From NCBI RefSeq assembly GCF_006345805.1, contig NC_043012.1:15438001-15502000 (forward strand): 64,000 bases of DNA. Direction: 5' to 3'. Source of the DNA: Octopus sinensis. Taxonomy: Eukaryota. The translations under genes and the position numbers were made by a program. This document shows positions 39,777 through 52,571 of this stretch, in pieces. The notes below the pieces were generated by a model. It saw nothing but the letters and a program-made list of their open reading frames with translations, had not been told where the DNA came from and ran no database searches. Within the stretch, counting starts at the first letter, position 1; each line of letters starts with the position of its first letter.

Positions 39777-40625
39777 CAACTTATAAACAAGGGCAAAGGA
39801 AAAAAATTTCAATGCCAAATATGCCGAAATAGGCTTAATCGTCAATAACTATATAATTTATCACTATAAGCAGAAATTGGGACCAATCCGATAATAACAA
39901 AATTTTTAAGAAATCTCTATCGGATTGCTTTCGAGACGCATGCTTATAATGATAAATTATTTAGTTATTGACGATTAAGCCTATTTCGGCATATTTGGCA
40001 TTGAAATTTTTTTCTTTTGCCCTTGTTTATAAGTTGTTTATAAATTTAACCTTTATAGGTATTTCTTTAATTGACAAAATTTTTTTGAAAACTTTATCCT
40101 ATATTAGATGTAAGTTTAATACTATTCACTTCCGGACTCTCTCACTCTATGAGAATTTTCAGTCCAATTTCACGTGTCTCGAGGTATGCTGTGGAATTTC
40201 TATTTTGGATACATTTGGGGTACTTAAGTGTGCTCATGACTTAGTGTTTACTTCTTCCATGGGTACAAGTAAGTATCTCATTTATTTTCTTATTGTATTT
40301 ATAGCTGATGACAAGAAAATTCTAAATGAATTAACTCAGAAATTGGGACCGATCTGATAATATTGAAATTTTTTAGAAATTTCTATCGGCTTGCTTTCGA
40401 GACGTGTGCTTATAGTGATAAATAATATGGTTATTGATGATTAAGTCTATTTCGGCATATTTGGCATTGAAATTTTTTTCTTTTGCCTTTTTTATAAGTT
40501 GTTCATAAATTTAATCTTTAAAAGTATTTTTTTTAATATGCCAGCCATTGATAAAAATTTTTCGAAAATTTTATCCTATATTAGATGTATATATATATAT
40601 ACATCTAATATAGGATAAAATTCTA
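39775..40625 (+). mobile_element. PLE-like remnant with direct and inverted terminal repeats
   Basis: 39872-40112 is repeated directly at 40337-40590; 39775-39871 is inverted relative to 39942-40038. Confidence 0.6.
40299..40360 (+). ncRNA. Hammerhead motif with a longer stem III and AUC triplet (stem II degenerate)
   Basis: ttatag CTGATGA ...aattc taaat gaatt...ca GAAA ttgg ga ccgATC tgataa; the sister copy at 39872 has a perfect ttgg/ccaa stem III. Confidence 0.5.
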
Positions 40626-40881
40626 CTACCATATTCTTAATGATGAAATTAACCTCTCTGTCTATATATCTACCCTCTTTGTAATGTTGGCAAATGAAAT
40701 AAGTATAAAAATGTACATTGTCCATTTAATTAAAAAATTCTATATGTGGCTGAAGATTGCTCGACATTTTAAAACTGATGTAATACTTACAGTGTTTAAT
40801 AAAATGAAGTAGCATGAAACGATTGTACTACACTACCTTGGATATCTTTGTTGCTTATTTTGATTATAATCACCCCATTTG

Positions 40882-40931
<50 letters not shown>

Positions 40932-40984
40932 AACAGAGAACATATGAGCTGAAAGAAAAACTGGGTATAAGAGGAATCAGAAGT

Positions 40985-42690
40985 AGTCATCATCATCATC
41001 ACCATCATTGTTTAACGTCCGTTTTCCGCGCTAGCACGGGTTGGACGGTTCGACCGGGGTCTGGGGAGCCAGGGGCTGCCCCAGGCTCCAGTCTGATCAG
41101 GCAGTGTTTCTACAGCTGGATGCCCTTTCTAACGCCAACCACTCCGCGAGTGTAGTGGGTGCTTTTTACGTGCCACCTGCACAGGTGCCAGAGGGGTCTG
41201 GCATCGGCCACGATCAGTTGGTGCTTTTTTTTATGTGCTTCGACACAGAAGCCAGTCAAGGCGGTGCTGGCATCGGTCACGTTCGGATGGTGCTTTTTAT
41301 GTGCCACCGGCACAGAAGCCATTCGAGGCAGGGTTGGCATCGGTCACGTTCGGATGGTGCTTTTTATGTGCCACCGGTACAGAAGCCAGTGGAGGCTGCA
41401 CTGGCAACGGCCACGTTCGGATGGTGCTTTTTATGTGTCACCGGCACAGGTATCACAACTACTGTTTCCATTGATATTTGGTTCGATGTTCATGTACATG
41501 CACTTAACTCAACAGGTCTCCTCAAGCACAGCGAGATGTTCCGGGATCCCATGCTCGGATGATGCTTTTTATGTGCCACCGGCACAGAAGCCAGTCGGGG
41601 CAGTGCTGGCATCGGCCACGTTTGGATGGTGCTTTTTATGTGCCACTGGCACAGAAGCCATTCGAGGCGGGGTTGGCATCGGTCACGTTCAGATGGTGCT
41701 TTTTATGTGCCACCGGCACAGAAGCCAGTAGAGGCTGCACTGGCAACGGCCACGTTCGGATGGTGCTTTTTATGTGTCACCGGCACAGGTATCACAGCTA
41801 CTGTTTCCATTGATATTTGGTTCGATGTTCATGTGCCACCGGCACAGAAGCCATTCGAGGCAGGGTTGGCATCGGCCACGTTCGGATGGTTCTTTTTATG
41901 TGTCACCGGCACAGAAGCCAGTGGAGGCTGCACTGGCAACGGCCACGTTCGGATGGTGCTTTTTATGTGTCACCGGCACAGGTATCACAACTACTGTTTT
42001 CATTGATATTTGGTTCGATGTTCATGTGCCGCCGGCACAGAAGCCATTCGAGGCGGGGTAGGGATCGGTCACGTTCGGATGGTGCTTTTTATGTGCCACC
42101 GGCACAGGTATCACAGCTACTGTTTCCATTGATATTTGGTTCGATGTTCATGTGCCACCGGCACAGAAGGCATTCGAGGCGGGGTTGGCATTGGTCACGT
42201 TCAGATGGTGCTTTTTATGTGCCACCGGCACAGAAGCCAGTGGAGGCTGCACTGGCGACGGCCACGTTCGGATGGTGCTTTTTATGTGTCACCGGCACAG
42301 GTATCACAGCTACTGTTTCCATTGATATTTGGTTCGATGTTCATGTGCCACCGGCACAGAAGGCATTCGAGGCAGGGTAGGCATCGGTCACGTTCGGATG
42401 GTGCTTTTTATGTGCCACCGGCACAGGTATCACAACTACTGTTTCCATTGATATTTGGTTCGATGTTCATGTATATGCACTTGACTCGACAGGTCTCCTC
42501 AAGCACAGCGAGATGTTCTGGGATCCAAGGTACTTTGGATGGGCAGGGGGTATGCGGAACTGGTGCCGGGAGCATCCCGGGTCTTAGTAGTCACAGCACA
42601 TCTCCAGAGATCTCGGTCCTTCGCCATTGCCTCAGTGAGGCCCAACGCTCTGAGGTCATGCTTGACTACCTCATCCCATGTCTTCCTAGC
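40985..42690 (-). mobile_element. RTE LINE 3' fragment with a tandemly expanded 3' UTR
   Basis: ORF end RKTWDEVVKHDLRALGLTEAMAKD, many ~60-65-bp gatggtgctttttatgtgccaccggcacag modules, and a (GAT)n tail. Confidence 0.9.
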
Positions 42691-42994
42691 AGTCTGTCTG
42701 TTGGTAAGGACATGTGAGGTGTATGAAGGGTGACAGATGAGTCGAGATTTTTTTCTCTCTGTATAAGGATCCATATAAACAAACACCTCACAGTGTTCCC
42801 AACACAGCCAACTTTTATCCAGCTTCTTGTTTATTGCTTCACTTCCAATATCTTAGAGAAGATGAAAACTGTCACAACAAATCCCTTTCTTTATCCCCTT
42901 CAGTTTGTCTGCCTGCCTGCTTGCCATAAAGCCGTTCTGGAAGTTTAGCAAAGAGTGAAATATAATCCAAATAAGAAGACAAAGAATTTAATAC

Positions 42995-43400
42995 ATCATT
43001 GACTGGCGTCCGTGCTAGCAGGGTGCAAAGAGCACCATACGGGCATGATCAGTGACAGAGCGGCTAACTGGCTTCTGTGCCAGTGGCACTTAAAAGGCAC
43101 CATTCTAGTGTGATCGTTACCAGCATCGCATTGCTGGCACCTGTGCCAGTGGCATGTGTAAAGGATTCGAGCGTGGTCGTTGCCAGTACCACCTGACTGG
43201 CCCCGTGACGGTGGCACGTAAAAAGCACCCACAACACTCTAGGAGTGGTTGGCATTAGGAAGGGCACTCACCTGTAGAAACTCTGCCAGATCAAGATTGA
43301 GGCCTGGTGCAGCCATCTGGTTCGCCAGCCCTCAGTCAATCATCCAACCCATGCTAGCATGGAAAGCGGACGTTAAATGATGATGATGATGATGATGATT
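42995..43400 (+). mobile_element. RTE 3'-tail-derived element
   Basis: Ends in catgctagcatggaaagcggacgttaaa(tga)n. Confidence 0.8.
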
Positions 43401-44259
43401 AACGACCCGTTACAATTGTTTCTCTACCAACTCAACTTTCAATGTCAGTTCATGCAAAAGTTCCAAGTGAAAGTTTTCACAATATTTGCGGTTTTAAACA
43501 TTAGTGCAGCATTTCTTCAGATCTGCATCAAAGGTGCAGATTTTTACATATTGCATCTGCCAGACTTTGTGTTTTGCTTATATTGGGAAGAAACAAGAAG
43601 TAAATAAAGACGAAAATGTAAATATATGTAAAAAGATGGCCGGGGCAAATATAGTCTCAATACCAAAGGAGATAAAAGCATGGTTAAGGGAGGAAGAGGA
43701 GAAAGGAGAAGGAAATGAGGAAAAAGAAAAGAAGAGGAACTTATGGAGATTTAGCGAAGGTTTTGTAGTATTTAATTGGGCACAGTATCAGAACTTCATT
43801 ATATTTGTTTTATGGTATGTTTTTAGTGCTTCGACAAAGCATAGGTTGTATCCACCTCCCATGTAGGGGAGCACAGTTCTCACCACAGACCAGGAATTTT
43901 TGTATGGTACTTTCTCATATCAGCTCTGCCAGTCCCATATCAGCTCAGTCAAAGATGTAGACTTATGCTTGTTAAAAGTTCTTAAAAGGAGTTGATGTGG
44001 CTTTCGTGTGAATATTTAAACTGGGAAGATGTTGCTTGGATGTAGTGGTAAGTATTATTATCTGTAACAACAGTGTCCCTATAAATCATATTCTTCCTAA
44101 GGCACTGATTAACTTGTGGACTGTATTTAGTGCTGTTAAATTTTAAATGTGCTCAAATACAATACCTGATGAACAACATAATGTAACTTTAAATTTTCCT
44201 TTTTCATATATTTCTTTGAACCTTGCTGTCTATTTCCTTATTTTCTGACGAAGGGGACA

Positions 44260-44800
44260 TTCATCATCATCATCATCATCATTTATCGTCCGCTTTCCAT
44301 GCTAGCATGGGTTGGATGGTTCGACCGGGGTCTGGGAAGCCAGGAAGCTGCACCAGGCCCAGTCTGATCTGGCAGTGTTTCTATAGCTGGATGCTCTTCC
44401 TAACACCAACCACTCTGTGGGTGTAGTGGGTGCTTTTTACGTGCTACCGGCACAGGTACCAGGCAAGGCTGGCAACGGCCACGATCGGTTGGTGCTTTTT
44501 ACATGCATGGAGACAAGTTGAGGCGGCGCTGGCAACAACCATGTTCAAATGGTTCTTTTATGTGCCACCAGCACTGGTATCACAACTACAATTTCCATTG
44601 ATTATTGAGCAATTTCAATTTCACTTGCCTCAACAGGTCTTCGCAAGCAGAGTTTTGCGTCCCAAGAAGGAAAGGTATGCATAAGTGGACTGGCTACATC
44701 CCAGGTAAAAGCGACGAGTTATGATCTCACTTTTCCTGCCGGGTCTTCTCACCCACAGCATATTTCCAAAGGTCTCGGTCACTAGTCATTGCCTTGGTGT
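44260..44800 (-). mobile_element. RTE 3'-tail-derived element inserted into a hammerhead
   Basis: (CAT)n plus family sequence; the flanks are the two halves of an HHR. Confidence 0.8.
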
Positions 44801-45302
44801 CAGTGTGAAACTAAAGGATTCATAGCTTGTAAACAAATGGACTCCGAAAATGGCCATCGAAATACATCTTACATGGTGCTATAATCCTGTATAAACATTT
44901 CTTTAGAACTCTTAAAACAAATTTATTCTTATATTTCTCTGCCTTTCAAATCCATCATTAAGATTCCTCACTGCTGTCGACGTATCTTACAACTTTCAAT
45001 TCTTAATTAAACATTTTTCATATTAAATTTAATATGATTTTTAATCCATGTATCATTATTTATTTATTCACTCCTTTCACATATATTTTTACCTCGTATT
45101 TCTTATTTGTATTCTAAATAATATAGTGATATGATCCTTGCCTTGGTGTATTTATTATGTTATATGTATTTATTATGTTGATGTAAATCATAACTATAGG
45201 ATGATTATCCAAATATTGTCTCTTCTTAAACCAAGTTATATACAAAGTCTGGTGTCTGGGTTCAACCTGAGCACTTTCAAGCAATTGTGCAAAAAAACTT
45301 TG

Positions 45303-45333
<31 letters not shown>

Positions 45334-45481
45334 TTTTACTTTTTTTAAATTTTTTAAACTTTTTTTTACTTTTTATTAAAATTTTATGTATTGATTAAGT
45401 CTTTCATTGTTTGTTTTGCAAAATAGTGGTTTTGTCTCTAATTAATATTATATATATATATATATATGTGTGTGTGTTGTG

Positions 45482-45570
<89 letters not shown>

Positions 45571-45892
45571 GTATGTGTGTATATATATATATGTATGCAT
45601 GTGTATATATATATATAGTTGTATATGTGTGTGTGTATATGTATATATCTTCTCTTATGATAAAAGGCAGATTTTCTCTGCCTCTGATATAGTTTGTTTT
45701 TAATACAATTGTACAATATAGAATTTCTTCAATTGGAATTTACCTATGATTTTTCGAACTACATTCCATTCTATATTTTATAAATTAAAATTGGTTTTTA
45801 ATTTACTTTCTGTGGCTAAGTTTTGGTAGTATTCATTTGCGAGCGTACTTCAGTTGTCAATTGTTGAAAGAAAGAAATTGTAAGCTAAGAAG

Positions 45893-45929
<37 letters not shown>

Positions 45930-45940
45930 TGTGTGTGTCT

Positions 45941-45972
<32 letters not shown>

Positions 45973-46082
45973 AGGAAGTGAAGGATAAAAATATGGCAAG
46001 AAGTGGACAGATGTACATATATACATACATACATCCATACATGTGTGTGTGTGTATGTATGTGTATTAATGTGTGTGTGTTA

Positions 46083-46454
46083 TCTCTCTCTATATAAAGC
46101 TCAAGTTGTCTGTCTGCGCCAGGTTTGGTAACCTTCAGCTAACACTATCTCCTCCGAGACCCTGCGGTGCAAGTTGACCAAAATTGAGAGTATGATAGAA
46201 GAAGGGTTGTTCTTCCTTCTGTAGAAGATAAAATTCGGACCATGTTAACATCAAAAAGGTGCTTTTTTCTATGAAAATCCCTATTTTTTACGATTTTTTT
46301 CACTGCTGTGTCGCCACTTTACGGTGTATTTCAACCAGAAAAATGTTCACTTGAAGAGAATAACAATGCTACATAATGCAAAATTTTTACTTTTCAAAAA
46401 TTCCAGTTCCAGCGGGTCGAAACAAACCCGAGCAACGTCGGGCGATACTGCTAG
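46083..46454 (+). mobile_element. Non-autonomous Helitron
   Basis: A|TCTCTCTCTATATAAAG start; 3' hairpin cccgagcaacgtcggg followed by gatactgCTAG|T. Confidence 0.8.
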
Positions 46455-46484
46455 TATATATATATATATATTAAAGTATATTTA

Positions 46485-49400
46485 TTATTATTATTTTTTT
46501 TTATTTATCTAGTTTCAGCTCACAAGCTGTGGCCATGCTGGGGCACTGCCATTTGGTGTTGCTACATGATTTTACTTCACGAGTGCTTTTTAGCAATTTC
46601 CATTTGGTGCATGAGAGAGTTCGATGCAGCTGCCCTCATCTGCACCTCCTGCCATGAAGTTGGTTCATCTGGGATACCTGACAAGAAGATATCCAGTTTC
46701 ATTTTAAAGACATCTGCGTCCACCCCATGCATGTCTCTTAGGTTCTTCGGGAGGATATTGAAGAGCTGTGGGCCTCGGAAGCCCAGGCTATCACAGTATC
46801 TTGTCCTACATCTTGATGGCAAATTTGGAGTCCTTGGCACTATGCAGTGGCGCCCAGTTCTGGCATTTGTGTAACTCTCGATGCCAAAGTTTGGGACAAG
46901 TCCTTTTAGGATCTTCCAGATGTATATTATGGCATATCTTTCTCGCCTACGCTCAAAGGAATAGAGTCTCAATCTCTTGAGTCTTTCCCAATAGCTTATA
47001 TGCTGCACAGAGGCTATCTTCTTCGTGTAGCTTCGTTGGATCGCTTCAAGTTCTGTGATTAACTTGACACTGGATGGTGACCATAGCTGAGAGCAATAGC
47101 CAAAGTGGCTTAGGACAAGTGTCCTCCAAAGGACCATCATGGTTTCCTGGTCTCTTGTTCTGAAGGTTCTAAGAATCCATCCGGTCATCCGCCTACATTT
47201 CATTGCCAATTTAGCAACATGCACATGAAAGGTTGCATCATCACTCATGTAAATACCCAGGTCTCGCACTGATTGTGCCTCTGGGATTGCAGTCCCTCCT
47301 GGTCCAGTGTATTTATTGGGTATTGCATTTAGTTTTGCGTGCTGATAGCATAGAGCTTGAAACTTTTCAGCATTGAACTGCATGCTATTCTTTTCAGCCC
47401 ACTTGTATATTTTGTCCAGCTCACATTGCAGGTGCTTAGTGTCTTCAGGGTTCTGTATTGCCTGTGAAACTTTTGTATCATCTGCATAACTTGTGATCGT
47501 GGCTCTCTGCGTGGCTGAGGGCATGTCTGAGAGGGCCATTATGAATAGTAGTGGTCCCAAAACAGTGCCTTGCGGAACACCGCTCACTATTTGCGTGTTA
47601 GTGGAAGTGGCCCCATTGGCTACTACAACCTGACTTCTATCCTTCAGAAAGTCATGAAGCCATTCTCCCAATTTTCTAACTGTGCCAAGATCACACAGTT
47701 TGTGACATAGCATTCCATGATCGACTTTATCAAAGGCCTTTGCAAAGTCGAGATATATGACTTCCACATTTGAGTGGTTGAGCAGTCGTTTCAGCACCCA
47801 GTCATAGTGTTGTAGGAGCTGAGTTAAGCAGCTTCTTCCTGGTCGTAAACCATGTTGGGTGTCCGGCAGCAAGTCATTTTCTTCAAGGAAGGTGATTAGT
47901 TTCCTTCTGACCATTCGTTCCATGACCTTGCTGATGTGTGAGGTCAGAGAGATAGGTCTGTAGTTCTTGGCCTCCGCTCTGTTACCTCCTTTATGAATAG
48001 GGCATATTTTACCTTCCTTCAGTTTTCTTGGAAGTTTGCCAGTTGCAAAGAAGCTCTGAAAGAGGAACTGCAATGGTCTTGCTAGGACTCTCACATACTT
48101 TTAGAAGGATTGTTGGGAATCCATCTGAGCCAGTAGCTGAGTTTGTTTTCATTTCATCAAAAGCCTTTATTACATCGTCCGCCTTTATATTGATGTAATC
48201 AATCATTGCTGCCTCCGATTTTATATCTGCAGTGGTAAAGAAGTCAGTTGGATAGCTGACTTGAAAATGCCCTAGGGGTGGCGTGAAAATACTCTTGAAT
48301 TGCTCATTTAGTATTTCACTTACCCTCATTGGATTTCCTGTGAGTGTGCCATCCTTTTCAAGGAGTGGCCCTATCCTACAGTGCACCGTAGCTGTTTCTT
48401 TGGCATACCTGTAGAAAGCTTTGGGGTTAGATTTTATGTTGTCTATAGCCCAGGCTTCTTTGTCTGCTCTTTCTTTTTCATGGGAGAGTTGCAGACATTT
48501 TTCAATTTCCAACAGTTTTATTTTCAGGTGGGACTTTTCACTGCTTTCAATTTGTTTGTTTAAGCGATTTGAAACTTTTGTACGCCGTCTCATTAGAATT
48601 TTCCTCTCTCTGGGGATTTTTCTCTTGTGTACAGTGGCCTTTCTCTCTGGGACACATCTGTAGTATATGGCTTGCATTACAGACATGAATTGTTGAAGTT
48701 TCATGTCGATGTCTGGCGAGGAGAGACATTCAGGCCAGTTTTGTTTGAGGATCTCTTTCTCAATTTGTTTCCAGTTTGCCTTATGGAAGTTCAAGCTGGA
48801 AAGATTCTGAGAGTTTCTTGTAGGCTGCATGTCCATGCTTTCCTTTGGCCCGTACATAGTCAGCTCTACCATGTTGTGATCCGAGAGTAGTGTCGGTGTC
48901 ACTTTCACATTATGGATAAGATCCATATTATTTGTGAAGCAGAGATCCAGTATGTTACCTGCCCTGGTTGGTTGGAGTATTACTTGCTCCATGTACAGAG
49001 TGTTGATGAGGTTCAGGAGAGACCTCGCCTGTCCTCGTTCACATCGTGTCATTCCTGGGGGAAAGGCCCTCAGGCCATCTGACATTGGGTAGATTGAAGT
49101 CTCCCATAAGAAGTACACTTATGTGTTGTTCTAATGTGACTAGAACTTCTTCTATTTTTATAAGGCAGTCTTCAAACTTGCCTACATGGCTTGAGGCATT
49201 TGGAGGACGATATGTAACACATATAACTACACCAAGTTGCCTTTATATGTACAATTAGTGTGTCACACACCGAATTTGAGTATGACAAAAGGACCTGGGG
49301 TGTGAGGTCCTCACGGATGTACATAGCAACTCCTCCATGGCTCCTTTCTTTTCTGTCGGTCCGTAGTATAACATACTGCGGTATGTGTATTTCCGCATCT

Positions 49401-50460
49401 GCTATGTCCAGTTTCAGGTGTGTTTCCGTAAGTGCTATGCATAAGGCTTGATTGCATGCAACAAAGTCTCTCAAGAACGGGATTTTTGTCCTGTTACTGA
49501 GTGTTAGCAGTCCTCTGATGTTCAGTAGGAGCATCGAGATGAGGTGTATGCTGTTGCCGGCGGTGTCCACCTTGGGTCTATTTGCTGTGGCGGTCTTGTG
49601 TATTGTGGATAGTCCCATCTGCGAGTTTGAGTTTGATGGAGCCAGGTTAGCTGCTGTACAATCTTTTGTGCTATGCACAAAAAAGATTCTTGTTCAGCAG
49701 CTGCCCTTTCAATAACATGTTGGCGGTTTGTAGCACGCAACACATCTGCGTACCTCCGTTTTGGGGCAGGTGGTGCGTGGTTTATTCCTTTTCCTTTTGG
49801 TAGTTGGTTTCTGACCTGTTTCGTGCTTATGTGGTAGGGTCTTTGATGTGCAAAACGGCAGCCTGCACCTTCCTCTCCATGCCAGCAGACACCTTTCAGG
49901 TAGAATTTACACATTCGAGTGCGCTGTCTGTTTCTATCCTTTTTGGTACATGGATAGTCAGGTTTGCTTCTATCCTTGGCTGTTTCATTTTTGGTTTTGT
50001 TTGAGTTTTAGTTTTTCCTTCTTTGGCTGTTTCATCTTTTGTATTTCTTTTAGTTTTTCCTTTTATTTCTTTTTTGGCTTTTTCATCTCCATGGCTTTTG
50101 GTGCTGGTAGGAGCACTTGCACTTGGGTTTACTTCCCGGGCAGGTTTCTCATTTGAATCTTCTTCCTGGGTGTCTACCAAGTGGGGGTGACTTCTTTCAT
50201 CAGCACCCACGTCTCCATCCTTGCCATCTTTACTTTGTTCATTGTCAAAGATGGCATCAAGCGTGCCAATGTGAGATCTTATGAGTGCGTAGGAGCGTAT
50301 AAACTCCGGCTTCTTTCGCTCTATCTGAGCTATTGTCCTTTTATATCCACTGCTCTTCAGCGCAGCTGTAATTATGTTGTTCGGATTATCTCCGTCGGCG
50401 CATTGCAAGGCTCTCAGGACCAACGCCAATTCGTTACTTCTCCAGGTTCTGGACATTTTG
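46485..50460 (-). mobile_element. Near full-length CR1-group LINE (ORF1 plus APE-RT ORF2, few frameshifts)
   Basis: ORF1 49896-50456 and 49522-49914; ORF2 pieces with LLNIRGL, ALTETHL, NYRPISLTS, YLDFAKAFDKVDH, GVPQGTVLGP and YADD; A/TAA tail at ~46485-46510. Confidence 0.95.
46577..48094 (-). pseudogene. Reverse transcriptase domain of the LINE ORF2 (open for 505 aa, frameshifted from the upstream part)
   Basis: ORF track; RT motifs including YADD are intact. Confidence 0.9.
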
Positions 50461-50575
50461 GATATTTTATTTATCTATCTAATTATATTTGAAATATAAT
50501 AGTGTGATAGAGGGTAGAGAAGAAATAGAGAAAGAAAGAATATTAATTAATTATTTTATTATTCTAGTTTATTTT

Positions 50576-50664
50576 TAATCTGATGAGTGACTATATTTAT
50601 ATCAAAGTGATTTTACTATAACTATAATCATTTCTTAAATATTGCCACGAAACACGTGTCATTA
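50576..50664 (+). ncRNA. Type-I hammerhead ribozyme motif
   Basis: taat CTGATGA gtgactatattta...taaatattgccac GAAA cacgt GTC atta; palindromic ACACGTGT; GUC triplet. Confidence 0.8.
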
Positions 50665-50948
50665 TTCAACCAATTATATACGTTTTTATTATTTTTTGTC
50701 AATTAACTTAATCATTGATATTTTATTGTTATTTTAATTTTAATATTTCTATTATATGTAATTTTCTATATGGTGTAATTTAATTTTTCATTTTGAATTC
50801 ATAAAAGGTGTTTTTCTTCTAATTTTATATATATATATATCTATTATATTGTGTGAAATTTGATTTAGTATTTCTAAATTTAATTTTTAACCCTGTAAGT
50901 TTGGATTTATATCCCCTCAAATAATAATAATTATTATTTTATATATAC

Positions 50949-52040
50949 CGTGAAGCATGGCATGTGTGCGAACAGCCATGCTTCACGGTAGTGAAACATG
51001 GGCTGTGACTGCAGAGGACATGCGTAGACTTGAAAGAAATGAAGCTAGCATGATCCGCTGGATGTGTAATGTCAGTGTGCACGCACGACAGAGTGTAAGC
51101 GCCCTGAGAGAAATGCTGGACATAAGAAGCATCAGATGTGGTGTGCAAGAGCGACGCTTGCGATGGTATGGTCATGTACTGTGGATGGATGAGGAGAGAT
51201 GTGTGAAGAAGTGCCACTCCCAAACAGTTGAAGGTATCAGGGGGAGAGGTAGATCCAGGAAGACATGGGATGAGGTAGTCAAGCATGACCTCAGAGCGTT
51301 GGGCCTCACTGAGGCAATGGCGAAGGACTGAGATCTCTGGAGATATGCTGTGACTGCAAAGACCCGGGCTGCTTCCTGCACCAGTTCCGCATAGCCCCTG
51401 CCCATTCAAAGTACCCTGGATTCCAGAACGTCCCGCTGTGCTTGAGGAAACCTGTTGAGTCAAGTACATGAACATGAACATCGAAATAAATATCAATGGA
51501 AATAGTAGTTGTGATACCTGTGCCGGTGGCACATAAAAAGCACCATCCATACGTGGCCGTTGCCAGCGCCGCATCGACTGGCTTCTGTGCCAGTAGCACA
51601 TAAAAAGAACCATCTGAACGTGGCCGATGCCAGCAACGCCCTGACTGGCTTCTGTGCCGGTGGCACATAAAAAGCACCGTCTGAACGTGGCCGATGCCAG
51701 CGCTGCCTCGACTGGCTCCAGTGCCGGTGGCACATAAAATAAAAGTACCATCCGAACGTGGCCGTTGCCAGCGTCGTCCTGGCTGGCTTCCGTGCCGGTG
51801 GCACGTTAAAAGCTCCAACCGATTGTGGCCGATGCCGGACCCCCCTGGCACCTGTGCAGGTGGCACGTAAAAAGCACCCTCTACACTCGCGGAGTGGTTG
51901 GCGTTAGGAAGGGTATCCAGCCGTAGAAACTCTGCCAGATCAGACTGGAGCCTGGTGCAGCCCCTGGCTTCCCAGACCCCGGTCGAACCGTCCAACCCGT
52001 GCTAGCGCAGAAAACGGACGTTAAACGATGATGATGATGA

Positions 52041-52043
<3 letters not shown>
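50949..52043 (+). mobile_element. 5'-truncated RTE LINE
   Basis: ORF 50957-51331 (AMLHGSETW...RRLRWYGHV...RGRSRKTW), a repeat-containing 3' UTR and a (GAT)n tail. Confidence 0.92.
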
Positions 52044-52075
<32 letters not shown>

Positions 52076-52571
52076 AAAGTAAAAAAATATACAAACTGGG
52101 ACAAGAATGTGGGACAAGGGCAGAAGGAGGAGGTCAAGCATGTCCCTTTTGGAGGGTATAGGCCACCCTATTCCTTCTGCCAAAGTTATCTCTGGGTACC
52201 AAAGTTACCTCAATTGATGGAATTTCTCTGAAAATAGGGGGTGGGGTGAGGGACTAAACCTATATATAAACCACCCTAAAGACACCCCGAATGCCCATAC
52301 AAAGTTTCATGCTGATCGGCCCAACCGTTTGGCTGTGATGTGAGTACAGACAGACGGATGGACATTACGCCCATTATAGTATGATATAAGTGCATATCTG
52401 TGTGTGTGTGCATATGCATGTGCGTATATGTATATATAAATAAGTACTGATGTTCATTTTTCAACTAAACTTTTCAAGACAGTGCCCCAGTATGGCCACT
52501 GTTCAGTAACTGAGACATATAAGATATCTGTAAAAGTCTGATGCTTGTATATGTGTGTGTGTATGTGTATG

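Noticed and set aside
41041-42786. Many overlapping 70-190-aa ORFs
   Set aside because: GC-rich RTE 3'-UTR repeats; only the RKTWDEVV segment is retroelement coding sequence
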